Shown here piece after piece: positions 19,547 to 37,243 of a stretch of DNA of 64,000 bases; positions within the stretch are counted from its first letter, which is position 1; every line of letters begins with the position of its first letter. The position numbers were made by a program, and so were the translations under genes. Source of the stretch: the human T2T-CHM13v2.0 reference genome, Homo sapiens; assembly GCF_009914755.1 (NCBI RefSeq), contig NC_060925.1. One strand, written 5' to 3'. The notes beneath the pieces were generated by a model. That model made no database searches, had not been told where the DNA came from, and worked only from the letters and a program-made list of their open reading frames with translations.

Positions 19547-20878
19547 TGAAACTCTGTGGGTCTTGGTTTCTTCGTCTGCGAAATGGGGCCGTAGTGATTC
19601 CCGTCTTCTGAGGGTTGTTAGAATTGAGTTGTAAGGAGCTGGGCCTCTGTGCAGGAGTAATAGAGAGTTTGCGTGTCAGCATGAAAAGAGCTGCTTTCTA
19701 GGCCTAGCCCTGGCTCTCTCTCTTTGACTTTGGGCAAATGGCTGGCCATCCTGGGCCTCTATTTCCTGGGAAGTGAATGGTTTTGACTGGACAGTCCACA
19801 TTGACCTTTCCAGGTCTGACATTCTGGAGATTAACTGTATATTTTAAAAGTAGTTGGAGAGAGTTTATAGTGGAGACAGCAGGATGTTTAATCTCCAGGC
19901 CTGTCACCTCTTAAGCCCATGACTACTCCTCTGTCACTCTCACTAGGGACAGATCAAAATGACTTTGCCAAAACCAGCCTGTCTATCTAGAACAGTACCA
20001 GAAATTATTTTCCAGAGTCCATGGAGAAGCTTGTTTATCCCTTTCTCCATTCTTCCATCTTCCTCAAATCAGGATAGGGATGGGGCAGGTCTTGAAAACA
20101 GAATGGTTGAGGTAAGTGGAAACAGTATTTTCCAAGGAGTGATTAGGGGGGAAAAAAAAGGCAAATCTGGCAAGATTGGGGGACTAAGCCAGAGAATAAA
20201 TCCTAGGTTTGAGAAAACTTAAGTCAATTGGCCAGCCTCCTAAGCTTCTCAATTCCATTCCTGAAAGCTGATTTTCAAGCCTTTAAACACTTCCAGTGTC
20301 CTTACAAGGTAGTGGGAAGGATCTCACAAGACTTGGCATCCTTGAGTGACCCTGGTAACAATACCAAGTGGATGAATGCATTAGCAGTATTTTAGACGTT
20401 AAGATTACATTCGTTTGCCTAGGCTGAAAATGTATTGTGTATCCTATGTTTTTGCTGCTCACAGAGAGGTTCTGTAGGCTGTAATAAAACTCTGCAGGAT
20501 ACAGGGCTAGAGAAGCCATTTGGGGTAATGGAGAGAGGTGATGTTCTTTAGGGTAGACATACTCAGATTCTCCTCCTAGCCTTGTCACTTACAAAGTATG
20601 TGAGTTGGAGCAAATTCCTTAGTCTCTGAGTTTCATTTTTCATTTTATGAAATCCCATCTAACTTGCAGGTAAAGCTCCTGGCACAGGGTAGATGGTGAC
20701 TTTCAGTAAATGGCAGCTCTAATTATCACCTATTTTTCATATGCAAATAGAACATAAAGTCTTAATATTTTATCTATTGTCAAGTTTAAGGAACAGTGGC
20801 GGTGTCAGAGCTAAAACTTAGTTTATCTGACTCCCAGTCCAGGGCTCTTTCTGCTGCACCACAAAATCCAGAAGTTAC

Positions 20879-22689
<1,811 letters not shown>

Positions 22690-22729
22690 TGAGCTTGCTA
22701 GCAATCAACAAATGGTACATAGCTAGGGT

Positions 22730-22920
22730 CAGCTAACTAGGTCAGCTGCTTGTTTTTATAAATGAAGTTTTATTGGAACAAAACCATGCACACTTGTTAA
22801 TTATTGCCTATTGCTGCTTTTGTGCTCTAGCAGAGTTGAGTAGTTGTGAGAGAGACTGTGACCCAGAAGCTGAAAATATTTACTATTTGGCCCTTTGAGA
22901 AAATGTTTGTTGACCTCTGG
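22730..22920. mobile_element. MER58-like hAT element
   Basis: tgtttttataaatgaagttttattggaaca...aaaatatttactatttggccctttgagaaaatgtttgttgacctctg. Confidence 0.65.
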
Positions 22921-22974
22921 TATACAGAAAAATATTTTCAGTTACACAATTTACCATGTCTATAAGACAAAACA

Positions 22975-23283
22975 AGCCAGGCACAGTGGCTAATGCCTAT
23001 AATCCCAGCACTTTGGGAGGCCTAGGCAGGCAGATTACTTCAGGTCAGGAGTTCGAGACCAGCGTGGACAACATGGTGAAACCCTGTCTCTACTAAAAAT
23101 ACAAAAATTAGTTGGGTGCTGTGGTTTATGCTTGTAATCCAGCTACTTGAGAAGCTGAGGCAGGAGAATCGCTTGAACCTGGGAAGCGGAGGTTGTGGTG
23201 AGCCGAGATCATGCTGCTCAGTCATCATGTCGCCCAGTCAGCCTGGGTGACAGAGCGAGAGTTTGTCTCAAAAAAAAAAAAAG
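22975..23283 (+). mobile_element. AluS (sense)
   Basis: Alu consensus; TSD-like AAGACAAAACA. Confidence 0.88.
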
Positions 23284-23794
23284 ACAAAACAGTTCTGTAT
23301 CCAGGAAAAGCCCAACCTTTCTATACTAAGGCCAGAGAGGTTCAGCTCCTTAAAATATTCATGAAAATCCGAAAGTTATTCCCAGTTATTTCCAAAGGTT
23401 CCTTTCCCTTGAGAAGGCAGCATGGGCTTATGCCTAGACCCACACCTAATAATAATGAGGTATATTTGGTAGACATAGACTATATTTGGTAGTTAGGGCT
23501 GGGGTGTGGGTTATTAGAAAGGATCTTAAATGAAAGGTTGGCATCCATCAATTTAGTACCATAGCCTAGGGTCTATCCCCTGCTTGCAGCATTCAGCCAT
23601 ATTATCTCAGAGGTCTTAGCCACTGTGTGAATTCCTCTAGTGGCAGGCGCTCACCACCTCAGTCACCTATTAACCATCCTGAAGTAGGTGGTCATTCCTG
23701 AAGGTGAGTTGAAATCTGACTTTCTTAGCTTCTGGTCTTCACTTTTGGTTCTATCCCCTCAGGTGTCACAGAACAAATCCAGTTTCTCACTTGA

Positions 23795-24076
<282 letters not shown>

Positions 24077-24139
24077 TAAGTTCCCCCAAGTAAAGAAGAT
24101 TTCCTACTAATGGATCTTCGAGTCGACCTGTTGCTTTAA

Positions 24140-24340
<201 letters not shown>

Positions 24341-24764
24341 TAACCCCACCACCAGCTCCCATCCCCCTGCCCCCAAATACCGATCCTTACTCCCATCATT
24401 CGTGGTCTCGTTTTGTAGGCTCAGACACACCCTCAGTATCATTAGCCATAGCCCAACCATTTTTGTTTTTAATCACTTTCTAAGACGTTAATTCAACCAT
24501 TAACAGTCAGCCATATCTATTGAGTGCTTAGGATGTGCTTGGGAAGTGCCTAAATGTTGAAGGTAAGGAAATTTATAATAAAGCACATGTAGCCTCCGCC
24601 CTCACAATGCTCATATTCTATTGCAATAGTCTTCTTACCTCACTTACACCTCTCTCGTCTTCCAAATCCATTTTCATCATGGCCTGCTAGAGTGATCTTT
24701 CTAAAGTGCAAGTCTTTATGTCCCTGCCCTGTTTCAGATCCTTCACTGTCTCCTAGTAGTGTAA

Positions 24765-25924
<1,160 letters not shown>

Positions 25925-26909
25925 GCTGCTTTCTTCATTTAACCAAATTCTCCTTATCTGCAAGACTTCACTCAAGCCCCCCTTCTCTGTGAATCCAGGC
26001 TGGGGTATCTTTTCCTCCTCTGTGTTCTTTATGCCCATTCTGCCATCATAGCACAGATTACACTGTATTGTCAGTATCTACTGTCGGTTCTGTCTACCCC
26101 ACTCAACTGAACTCCTAATGGCTGGGACCATATCTTACTCACATTGTCCACAGTGTCTAACAGTTCGTGGTACACAGTAGGTGCTGACTGAAGGGATGTG
26201 TAAATGCATATACCTACTGTTGGTGTTTCAGGCAGGGATGTTCAGAGAACACAGGTGTTCTAACTGGTGGAATCCTGGAGCAGGAAAACCAGCTACGGAA
26301 TGATCTGGGATTTCAGGACATCTGCTTGGTCAGGATTTGTGTATAGACTTCCTGGCAATGAGTCAGCTTTGCAGAGGTAATGACACCACTAAGGAAATTA
26401 GTGAACCTCATTAATAGAGGAGTACTTGGCCCATCATCAAGTATTACCTCTAATTAAACTACCCCATTTGGAGCTGTCACTGGAGGAGGGATATGGAGGG
26501 AATTGAATCAGAAACCACACAAGAGTGGTCTGTGGGGAGAATGGAAAACCCAAGGTTAAGAGAGGTCCATGCACATTTATTTTTCTTGCAGATTATATGT
26601 GAGGAAACAGGAAATACTTTAGAAAACTATTCTTGAGGTGTGACAGATCAGAGTTTATCCACCCCCAGATGTAGTATCCCTTTCTTACCTATCCAGTAAG
26701 GGAGGCCACATGCTAATTAATGACAGTGCTGTTGACCAAACCAATTCTTAGACATACAAGAAAACCGGCCTTGATCCATTACCATCACACTGTGGCTATT
26801 TCTGAAAACCCAAGCACCTTCTGAGAAAGATTTGCCTCCGTGGATACTCCTCAGGAGGCCATTCTCAAGGTGTTTTTCCAGGCACATTTTGTCTGGTGGT
26901 AGCATGTGA

Positions 26910-27489
<580 letters not shown>

Positions 27490-27634
27490 TCACTTCTTCC
27501 CTGCTGTATCCTACTCTAGTCACCTGGATTTCTCTCCTTAAATTCTGCCACGGAGTTGCCTGCACCTGACTTTTGCACATTATTCCTCCTTAACTAGAGT
27601 GCTTTTCCCCCTTTCTTTGCCTGGCAAGCTCTTA

Positions 27635-27880
27635 CCCAGTGGTTTTCAACTAGGGACAGTTTTTCCCTCTGGAGGACATTTGGCAGTGTGTGGAGACATC
27701 TTTGACATGATGTGGATGGGGTGTGGGGAGATGGGATGGGGAGGGAGTTAAAATGGCATCTAGTAAGTAGAAGCCAGGATGCTGCTAAACATCCCACAGT
27801 ACACAGGACATTCCCTCCCCCCACTCCGCCAAAGAGTTATCTGATCCAAATGTGAATAGTGCTGCAGTTGAGAATCTCTG
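27635..27880. mobile_element. MER20-like hAT element
   Basis: cagtggttttcaac...ggacatttggcagtgt...gatgctgctaaacatcc...gttgagaa. Confidence 0.7.
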
Positions 27881-28324
27881 CTCTTATCCATCCTTCCAGA
27901 TGTCATTTTAAGGCATTGCTTCTTTCAGGGAACTTCCCATTCCCAGAGAAGTTCAGTTTTCCCCACCTGTACAATTTTTGAATATGTTTCATCCTTTTCA
28001 CTGTAGCACTCACTACCTGGTGGGCTCCTTGAGAGGAGAGAGTAACTCTCACACATCTCTGGTTCCCCAGGTTACAGCAGGTGCTCAGGAAGATCTGGAT
28101 GGGGCAGGCTTCGCTCCCCAGAGACCATCAGCCCTCAGGGTTTACTAGGAAGGGAACACAGGAAGAAGAGTGCATTGGTTCATCGCCTCTTAGGGATCCC
28201 AGCATTAACATCCTAACTCAAAGTTTTGTGTTCTGTGATTAGGCTGATCAAGAAATGCTATAAATGACTTGAGGCACATGGGAGGATGAAGGCTTTAGAC
28301 TTTGCAGGATTGAGAAAGTCTTTA

Positions 28325-28770
<446 letters not shown>

Positions 28771-28801
28771 TGCGAAAGCCTTTAGTACCAGGTTAGAGTA
28801 A

Positions 28802-29092
<291 letters not shown>

Positions 29093-30364
29093 TAGGTGCT
29101 AGGCACCTCGTGTGTATTACCTATCTCCTAGGATCCATGTGGCAGCCCCATGAGACAAGTACTATTATCTCCATTTCATAGGCAAAGAAACTGCAGCTCA
29201 GGGAAGTTAAGTGATTTGCTCAAAGAGTAACTTTACTTTTTACCTTGGAGAAGTAACTCTATTACATCAGAGTGGCTTGAGGGACTTTTTTTTTTCTTCA
29301 GCAAACTGTATCATTGGGCGTTTGAGGGGCTTTTCACCAAGGCTTTTTCTTTATTCATAGGTCCCATGAAAGGCACCCATTTTCTGTTTACCTTGTAAAC
29401 TCTGGCCAACCCCCTTTAGGAACTGAGGAAGCCCCATAGACATTGAATGGGGCCATTAATCCAAACTCCATCAAGCAAGGGACCACCATGTACTCCGTCA
29501 GGCAAGACATCACAAGGGAGTGAGACTAGGCTGGCCCCCACTTCCTGCCATCCACTGTGTCCTCATGAGCTGTAGCATCTTCCTCATAAACCCCTTCATT
29601 GTCATAGCCACAACCTAGGTCAGTCTTTACTGTCCTTACCTAGCCTATTGCCACAGCCTCCCAGCTGGTCTGTCTGACCCCACACTATTTTCTCTCTGGT
29701 CCATCTAGTTCATAATTCCAGAGTAGCCTTTCCCCAACACCACTTTCATCCCATCTGTCTTCATGCCCACCTCCCCGTGGCCTGTTGGTAAAGTTGGAAC
29801 TCCTTTGCTTATCGTGAAAGGGCCTTCACATCTGGTCTCTGCCCCATCCCCAGCCTCATCTTTGCCTCCTCCCCTGCCTGCCCTGTTTCTTGTGACTGTG
29901 CTAAATTCATCATGCCCTCTCTCACCTCCATGCCTTGTCACTTCCTCTCCTTCTGCTGAAGCTCTTGGCCATTCTTCCCTTTTGGTCTTCAGCTTGCTAA
30001 CTTGTCATCTTTCACAGTTCATCTTAGGAATGACTTTCTCTCAGAAATGCTTTGGGATCTTCCAGTCTCATCAGGGTCCTTCCGGCTGTCCTCCCACAGC
30101 CCCTGACTTACCTCACATCTTGACATGTCCCTCCATACAGATATGGTCAGTTTTCCTGTCTGTCTCCCCTCTAAACTGTGAGCTCCTCAAAGGCAGTGGC
30201 AGGCTCTGCTTGGCCTCCATTCCTGGTACCTGTCTTACAGCTTGGCACAGAGTGAGTTCTAGATATTTACCTGTGCCGAATACCTGAGCAGGCTGAAGGA
30301 CCAAACATGCAGGAGAGCCATGCCTCCTCTAGGCTTTTCAGAGCCTACATTATTTTCCTAGCCT

Positions 30365-30668
30365 CTTTTTTTTTTTCTTTCCCTGAGACAGGGTCTCTCA
30401 GTCTGTCACTCAGGCTGGAGTGAAGTAGCACAATTGTTGCTCACTGCAGCCTTGACCTCCCAGGCTCAAGCAATCCTCCTACCTCAGCCTCCTGAGTAGC
30501 CGGGACCACAGGCATGTGCTACCACACCTGGCTAATTTTTGTATTCTTTTTAGAGATAGGGTCTTATTATGTTTTCTAGGCTGGTCTAAAACTCCTGGGC
30601 CCAAGCGATCTGCTTGCCTCAGCCTCCCAAAGTGCTGGGATTACCGGCATGAGCCACCATGCCCAGCC
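30365..30668 (-). mobile_element. AluJ
   Basis: Reverse Alu consensus. Confidence 0.85.
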
Positions 30669-31039
30669 TTCCCGACGTCTTTCTTTCTTCTTTTCACCTA
30701 TATTCAGTGATCCAGATCACTTATTCTAGAAGTTCCCAGCCTACCAAGAGTTACTCGTAGCCATGCGGGAGAAGAGAATCATGACTTGACAAGGTCATGG
30801 CTGAAAAGAACAAGTACTAAACTTTGATTCTCAGCACCAGTGTTGTGTGGGTCAGTTGTGAATGATGAGGCAAGTCATTTGTCACTAATATTAAAGTAGT
30901 AAATTTTGCAAATGACTTGCTTTCTTTTGAATAATTACCACAGATTTCAAGTTCTCCTTCTCCTAACATCACTGTCATCTGTGTGCCAGAATGAGAGAGA
31001 AAGGTGTGGAGTTAGAACTAGCTTGCAGGCAGCACCTAT

Positions 31040-31240
31040 AACAGGTTGGCAGGCATTTTCTGTGAAGAGTCAAAACAGTAAATATTTTAGGTGTTACAGG
31101 CCACATATGGTCTCTGTCACAGCTACCCAATAGTCATACGTAAATGAGTGAATGTGGTTGTGCTCCAGAGAAAATGTTATTTACAAAAATAGGTAGCAGG
31201 CCAGATTTGGCCAGCAAGCTGAAGTTTGCCAGCCCCCGAG
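31040..31240. mobile_element. MER58A-like hAT element
   Basis: ttttctgtgaagagtcaaaacagtaaatattttagg...ggccagatttggcc. Confidence 0.7.
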
Positions 31241-31376
31241 CTATAGTGATAGTATCCACCTTTGTTGAGTCTCTCTGTAGCACCTGTCCCTGGGCTAAGG
31301 CGAGGTGACTTTCCTGAGGCTTTGTGGCAGGCTGATGAATCCTTTCCACCCCTCCACATAATTGTGTCTCTTGCAG

Positions 31377-31534
31377 GATTCCAGGAAGGCTATCCTTACC
31401 CCTATCCCCATACCCTGTACTTACTGGACAAAGCCAATTTACGACCACACCGCCTTCAACCAGATCAGCTGCGGGCCAAGATGATCCTGTTTGCTTTTGG
31501 CAGTGCCCTGGCTCAGGCCCGGCTCCTCTATGGG
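31377..31534 (+). CDS. MRPL37: MRPL37 exon 5
   Basis: (G)[52 protein letters not shown]; ttgcag| and |GTATGT; 158 nt. Confidence 0.95.
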
Positions 31535-32446
31535 GTATGTAGGTGGAGAAGACCACTGAGTTGCTTTACGTGGTGTTGGTCTCCTCCCTTAAGGTTACTG
31601 CTCAGAGGAAGAAAAGGGATATAGGGGAACTGATTTCTTGACTGAGGAGTTTTAGGGAGGAGTACTTCAGCCCACCCTGTGGAGATGAGCCAACATCACT
31701 AGGGGGTGACTGCCTGTGCTTCACCTAAGTAGCTCACTTGATCACAGTAGCCCACATGTTTTTACTGAAGTCCCCACTTTCTAAGCTATGCCATAGAATT
31801 ACAGGGAGGCCATGCAGCTTATCAGCATTACACAGCACTAAGTGGTGGAGATAGGACTGCAGCTAGGTCTGCCCCACTCTGAAGTCTTCAGTTGTTTGTG
31901 CTGCAGCATGCTGCCTCTGTTCTTGTAGTGGCAGAAGTGGAGCACAGGCAGGAGGAAGTGGAGCAATAGAGATGGCCAAGCCCTGCCTGCCAACTCAGGA
32001 TGGGTGCTGGGGACCCAAGATACTCGTTGGTGTTATCCCCTGATCCTAAGAGGAGGTTTCAGGGACCTAGATGGTATAGAATACAAACTAACTTGTCACA
32101 GAGAGCTGTCCCAAGATGGGGAAAGCCTGGCTCTGGGAGCAAAGGCCTCCAGGGAGGGGAGGGCTATATGGGAGCCCTCAAGCAGGCCTGGGACACCAGA
32201 TCCCTGGTTTGGGGTGTGTTGGGGGGTAGTTCATGAGAGCCACTGCTGGACCCCCAGGTCTTGGTTAGAGCCTGAGTCTTTTCTAGAGGAGGAATGAGGA
32301 AAAGTACTGTTTCCCATCTTATTTGGCCTAGGGGGAGTTGGAGAGCCATGGTTAGCCAAATGGATAGGGAGTGGAATGGGCCTTGCCCAGATTGAGCACC
32401 TGCTGCATACCACACATTTATTTAGGGTTTTTATTAAAAAAAAAAA

Positions 32447-33088
<642 letters not shown>

Positions 33089-33994
33089 AACCACTGAACT
33101 GAAATTTCAGAACACGGCATTATTTAATCCTTGTAGTTTTTTAACCCCATGTGGCAGATGCTATTAGCTTCATTTTATAGATGGTGAAACTGAGGCTCAG
33201 GGAGGCTAAGGAACTTGCCCAAGGATACACAGCTAAGAAATTAGTAGCTGTCAGATCTTTATGTGACCTTGTGTCTTTCCAATCCTAGGACAATTGTCTT
33301 TATTCCCATTCTCTGACTATATACTTCCTGAAGGCTCCGAAAGATTAGGTAACTTGTCCAAGATCCCACAGCTAATGAGTGGGGAAGCAAAGCTTGGAAC
33401 ATGATCTCTCCAGTTTTGAAGGATGTGCTACTCCCAACTCAGGCAGGAGAAGGAGGCAGAGATAGTCACAACCCTGGTCCCAGGCCTGCAGACTCGCTGT
33501 AGCCTCTGTGCCAGCTATTGCCATCAGAGTCTGGGTAGCAACGATACAACTAATTACCACCCAGTTGGGTAGGAGTGGAGGCCTCCTTCAGCCCCTCCAG
33601 GCACAAATTATTCCTGGGGATGTGAAGTTGAGCAATTATGGGAAGAGCCTCCATGTAAAAGGTAAAATTGCTGAGAAATTTATGTACTACCTGCAGTTTT
33701 ATTGATCTGTAGAGGGAGATAAGAGTCAATACAGAATTCTCGGCTAACACTTACAGGTACTTTTCTTTTTATTTATTTTTCATGCAGCTAAGAACAGGTA
33801 TTTCTAAGGCCAACAGCCCCAGTGTGGCCCACACTGAGGTCTGACATTAGGTATTCCTAATGCCAGATTCAGCCCCAGTGGGGTGAACACAGGCAGCATT
33901 TTTGAATCAAGGATGGCCTGCTTCATGGGGCCTGCCTGTTGGATCTTTGTTCAGTGAGTAGCAGTCACCAAACTGGATTGCTGCAAAGTCTCAG

Positions 33995-34095
33995 CAGGTC
34001 ACCATATGATTTATCTCCCAAACTGGGACACCATTGAGAATAATGAGGTGCCGCTATTAGATACACTGGGACACCAGGATTAAACCAGAACAACA
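33995..34095. mobile_element. MER96B-like hAT fragment
   Basis: ggtcaccatatgatttatctcccaaactgggacac with a repeated ctgggacac. Confidence 0.45.
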
Positions 34096-34986
34096 GGGCT
34101 TTCAGTGACTTAATAGCATGGAGTCTGATCCCCATGGGTGACCTGGAGCAAATTATACCACCTCTCTGAACCTCAGTTTCCTTATCTGTTAGTGGGAATA
34201 TACCTCTAGATTTATGAGAGTAGAGGTGACCTGATGTAAAACTGGCAAGATGCCTGGCACCTGAGAGGCCTTCAGTAAATGATTTTAGGTGTTACTACTA
34301 TTACCAAGTGGCAGTAACTAGAAGAGATCAGTAGCAGGAGTTGACTGGTGAAATCCTGGCGCTGGCATGGCTGGAGTGGATACTCCAGAAACATGGCCCG
34401 TGCTGAGTTGCAGCGTCAGCATGAAGCCCAGTGAATGTGACTGCCAGGCCCTTAGAAGCAAGGCAGGGGCGTGGGGGAAGGGTGTGGTCTGGCATGAGCC
34501 TGTTTGGGTTCTACACCACCCATCTTCGTGACTTCCGGCAAGTCACTTTACCTCACTGAGTCTCAGTTTCCTCATCTGTCAAATGGGGTGAGAACTGAAT
34601 GAGATTATATCTATCCGTTGACCCTCCGGATTCACATTTGATAGCTGATGTCACTGTGGTCCTTATCAAGTAACGCCAGGAGTTTGAGGGATTTCTGTCA
34701 TTAACCCCCCAGCTGGCCTGCCTGAACTCTGGCTTGCCTGGAAATCGCCTCTCAGTGGCAGGAACTATTACTTTGATGTGCTCAAATAGAAGAGCAGGCA
34801 CCCTGGGGCCATGAGGCACAGCCAGCCTGGGTGAAGGAAGGCCCGGCCCTGGACAGTGCCCTGAACTCCTCATTCTATTTTAATTGTCCCAAAGAGAAGC
34901 CATTCAGTGGACGTAGGTGGACGTTGTAAAGGGAAGAACTAGAAGCTGCCTGGGCCGTGCTGTTCCTTACACTCCACAGCTTCTGA

Positions 34987-35226
<240 letters not shown>

Positions 35227-37022
35227 TGAGCCATCTCCTGCCTGACCCAGGAGGGCCATGCCTCCTCCTACCTGGTGTGAGCCTCAGGTGGGATTGCTGG
35301 GGTGCTCTGTGAGGAGAGCCCTGGCCCTGGGGACTTCCCACCCGGGATCTCTGCCTGGAGGACTCCTTCAGTCCCGCCCCTACCTAAGGCCCTGCCCAGT
35401 GCTCCACTCCAGCTCCTGCTTCCCTTTGCACCCTCCAGCCAATCCAGCTCCTCGCAGCTCCCAGGGTGCTCTGCGGCTTCATTAGCTCTGGCCTTTGTAG
35501 GTGCTGCTCCTTTTGTCTGGGAGGCTTCTTGCCTTCTCCCCTCCCCATTACTGTTTGTCAGGCTATCCTCCACTTGTCCTTCCAGGTTTAGCATAAGTGT
35601 TTCTTATTTTGGGAAACTTCTGACCACCACCGTCCCCATCCCAACCCTCACTTAAGTGCCTCAGGTGGGCTGCCCTGGCCTCCGTATTCCCCCATCAGAG
35701 CACGATCACATTGCTGTGCGTAGAACCTCTTCACATGTTTTTTTTCCTCCACCAAACAGAACTCCAAGCTCCTAGATCCTTGAGGGCAGGGTCTGGGGAT
35801 GCATTCATTTTGTTTCATCCCACAGATACGGAGTTCCTCCTGCGGCACCATTGTGCTGCACCCCACTGCTCAGCTGACGGGGTCCAGGCCTGCTCTCTGT
35901 GTAGTGGGCAGTAGCAGTATCTAAATAAATTCCTGATAGAGCATCAGGCAGTAATATGCACCCTGGAGAGACCTACAGCAGGGTCAGGACTGCGAAAGCG
36001 GAGTAGGGGTACTGCCTGCTCTGGGACCAACCAGGCCCCACACAGGCCTGAGTGTGGGCTTGCTAAATGGAGTCGCTGAGCCTTTGAACATTCTCAGCAG
36101 GTCCGTTCTTGAACTGGTTCTCCAGCAGCTCTCAGTGCTGTTTCCACCTGAAATGCCTGCTGGGTCTGTGCCCTTTGCTTTGGCCCCAGACACCCTCAGT
36201 TCACCTGCATAGTCACACCAGCCACCTCCGTGCTCTCTGCTCTTAGTCAGGTTTTCCCTCCTGACTCTGTGTCTTCAGGTTCTCTTCCCTCAGCCTCTCC
36301 CTTCCAGGATACTGACTCAGGGCTGGGCCTGTTGTGGTTTGGAGACAGCTTCTCCTCACCTCTGCAGCCTCATCTCCTGCCGCTCCACCCCTCAGCATTC
36401 GCCCTGGGCTCCAGCCCGATCTTGCCCTTCCTGCCTTCATTTCTACTTCTTCTATTGCATGTGCTGGGCTTTCTGAAGTCTCCTTCCTTTTCTTTTTCTT
36501 TCTGCCCCATTCTGCTCACCCTTCCATGTATAAATGTCGGCAAGTCAGTCATTTCTTCCTGCTTTCTTCTTTTTCCTACTTCTGCAGTGGGGTCTGTCTC
36601 CTTTCATTTTCACTATTTGAACAGCTGACGGTAAGCTCCTTGAGGACAGGAACCAGAGTCAAGTTACTGCTGTGTCTGTTTCCAGCACAGGATATAGGCG
36701 CAGCAGAAAGCAAGCAGGTGCCCAATAAATGTGTGTGGAATGGGTGAGGGATGATTGTCCCTGGGATTAGAGAGGGCAGCAGCCCATTTCAACCATCATT
36801 CCTGGTGGTGGAAGTGAGAGGGCCTCGGGAGCAGAGCAGCGTCAACAGTTGTTTTGGCTGAAGGGGGCTGGGAATGCTTCCTGTCCTCCCAGGCTACAGC
36901 CCCTCAATGCCCCTTCTTAGTCCGAGAGAGAGACGATGTCAGAAAAAGAAAGTTACTGTCCAGGCACTGAAGATTTACTTCAATCCAATCTTTGTTTTAA
37001 TTGCTGCCGTTAAACCTAGTAG

Positions 37023-37130
<108 letters not shown>

Positions 37131-37237
37131 GCGGAGGACCCCTCTGAATCCTGAAACCCCTCTTGCCTCTCTTCCACGGAAGAGGGCCTGGGCCCCGTGG
37201 AGCCTCAGTGCCCGTTTGGCCTGCTGCTCTCGCTGAC

Positions 37238-37243
37238 AATAAA
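37238..37243 (+). terminator. MRPL37: MRPL37 poly(A) signal
   Basis: AATAAA ~107 nt after the stop, followed by GT-rich sequence (ctgtgtttgg). Confidence 0.85.
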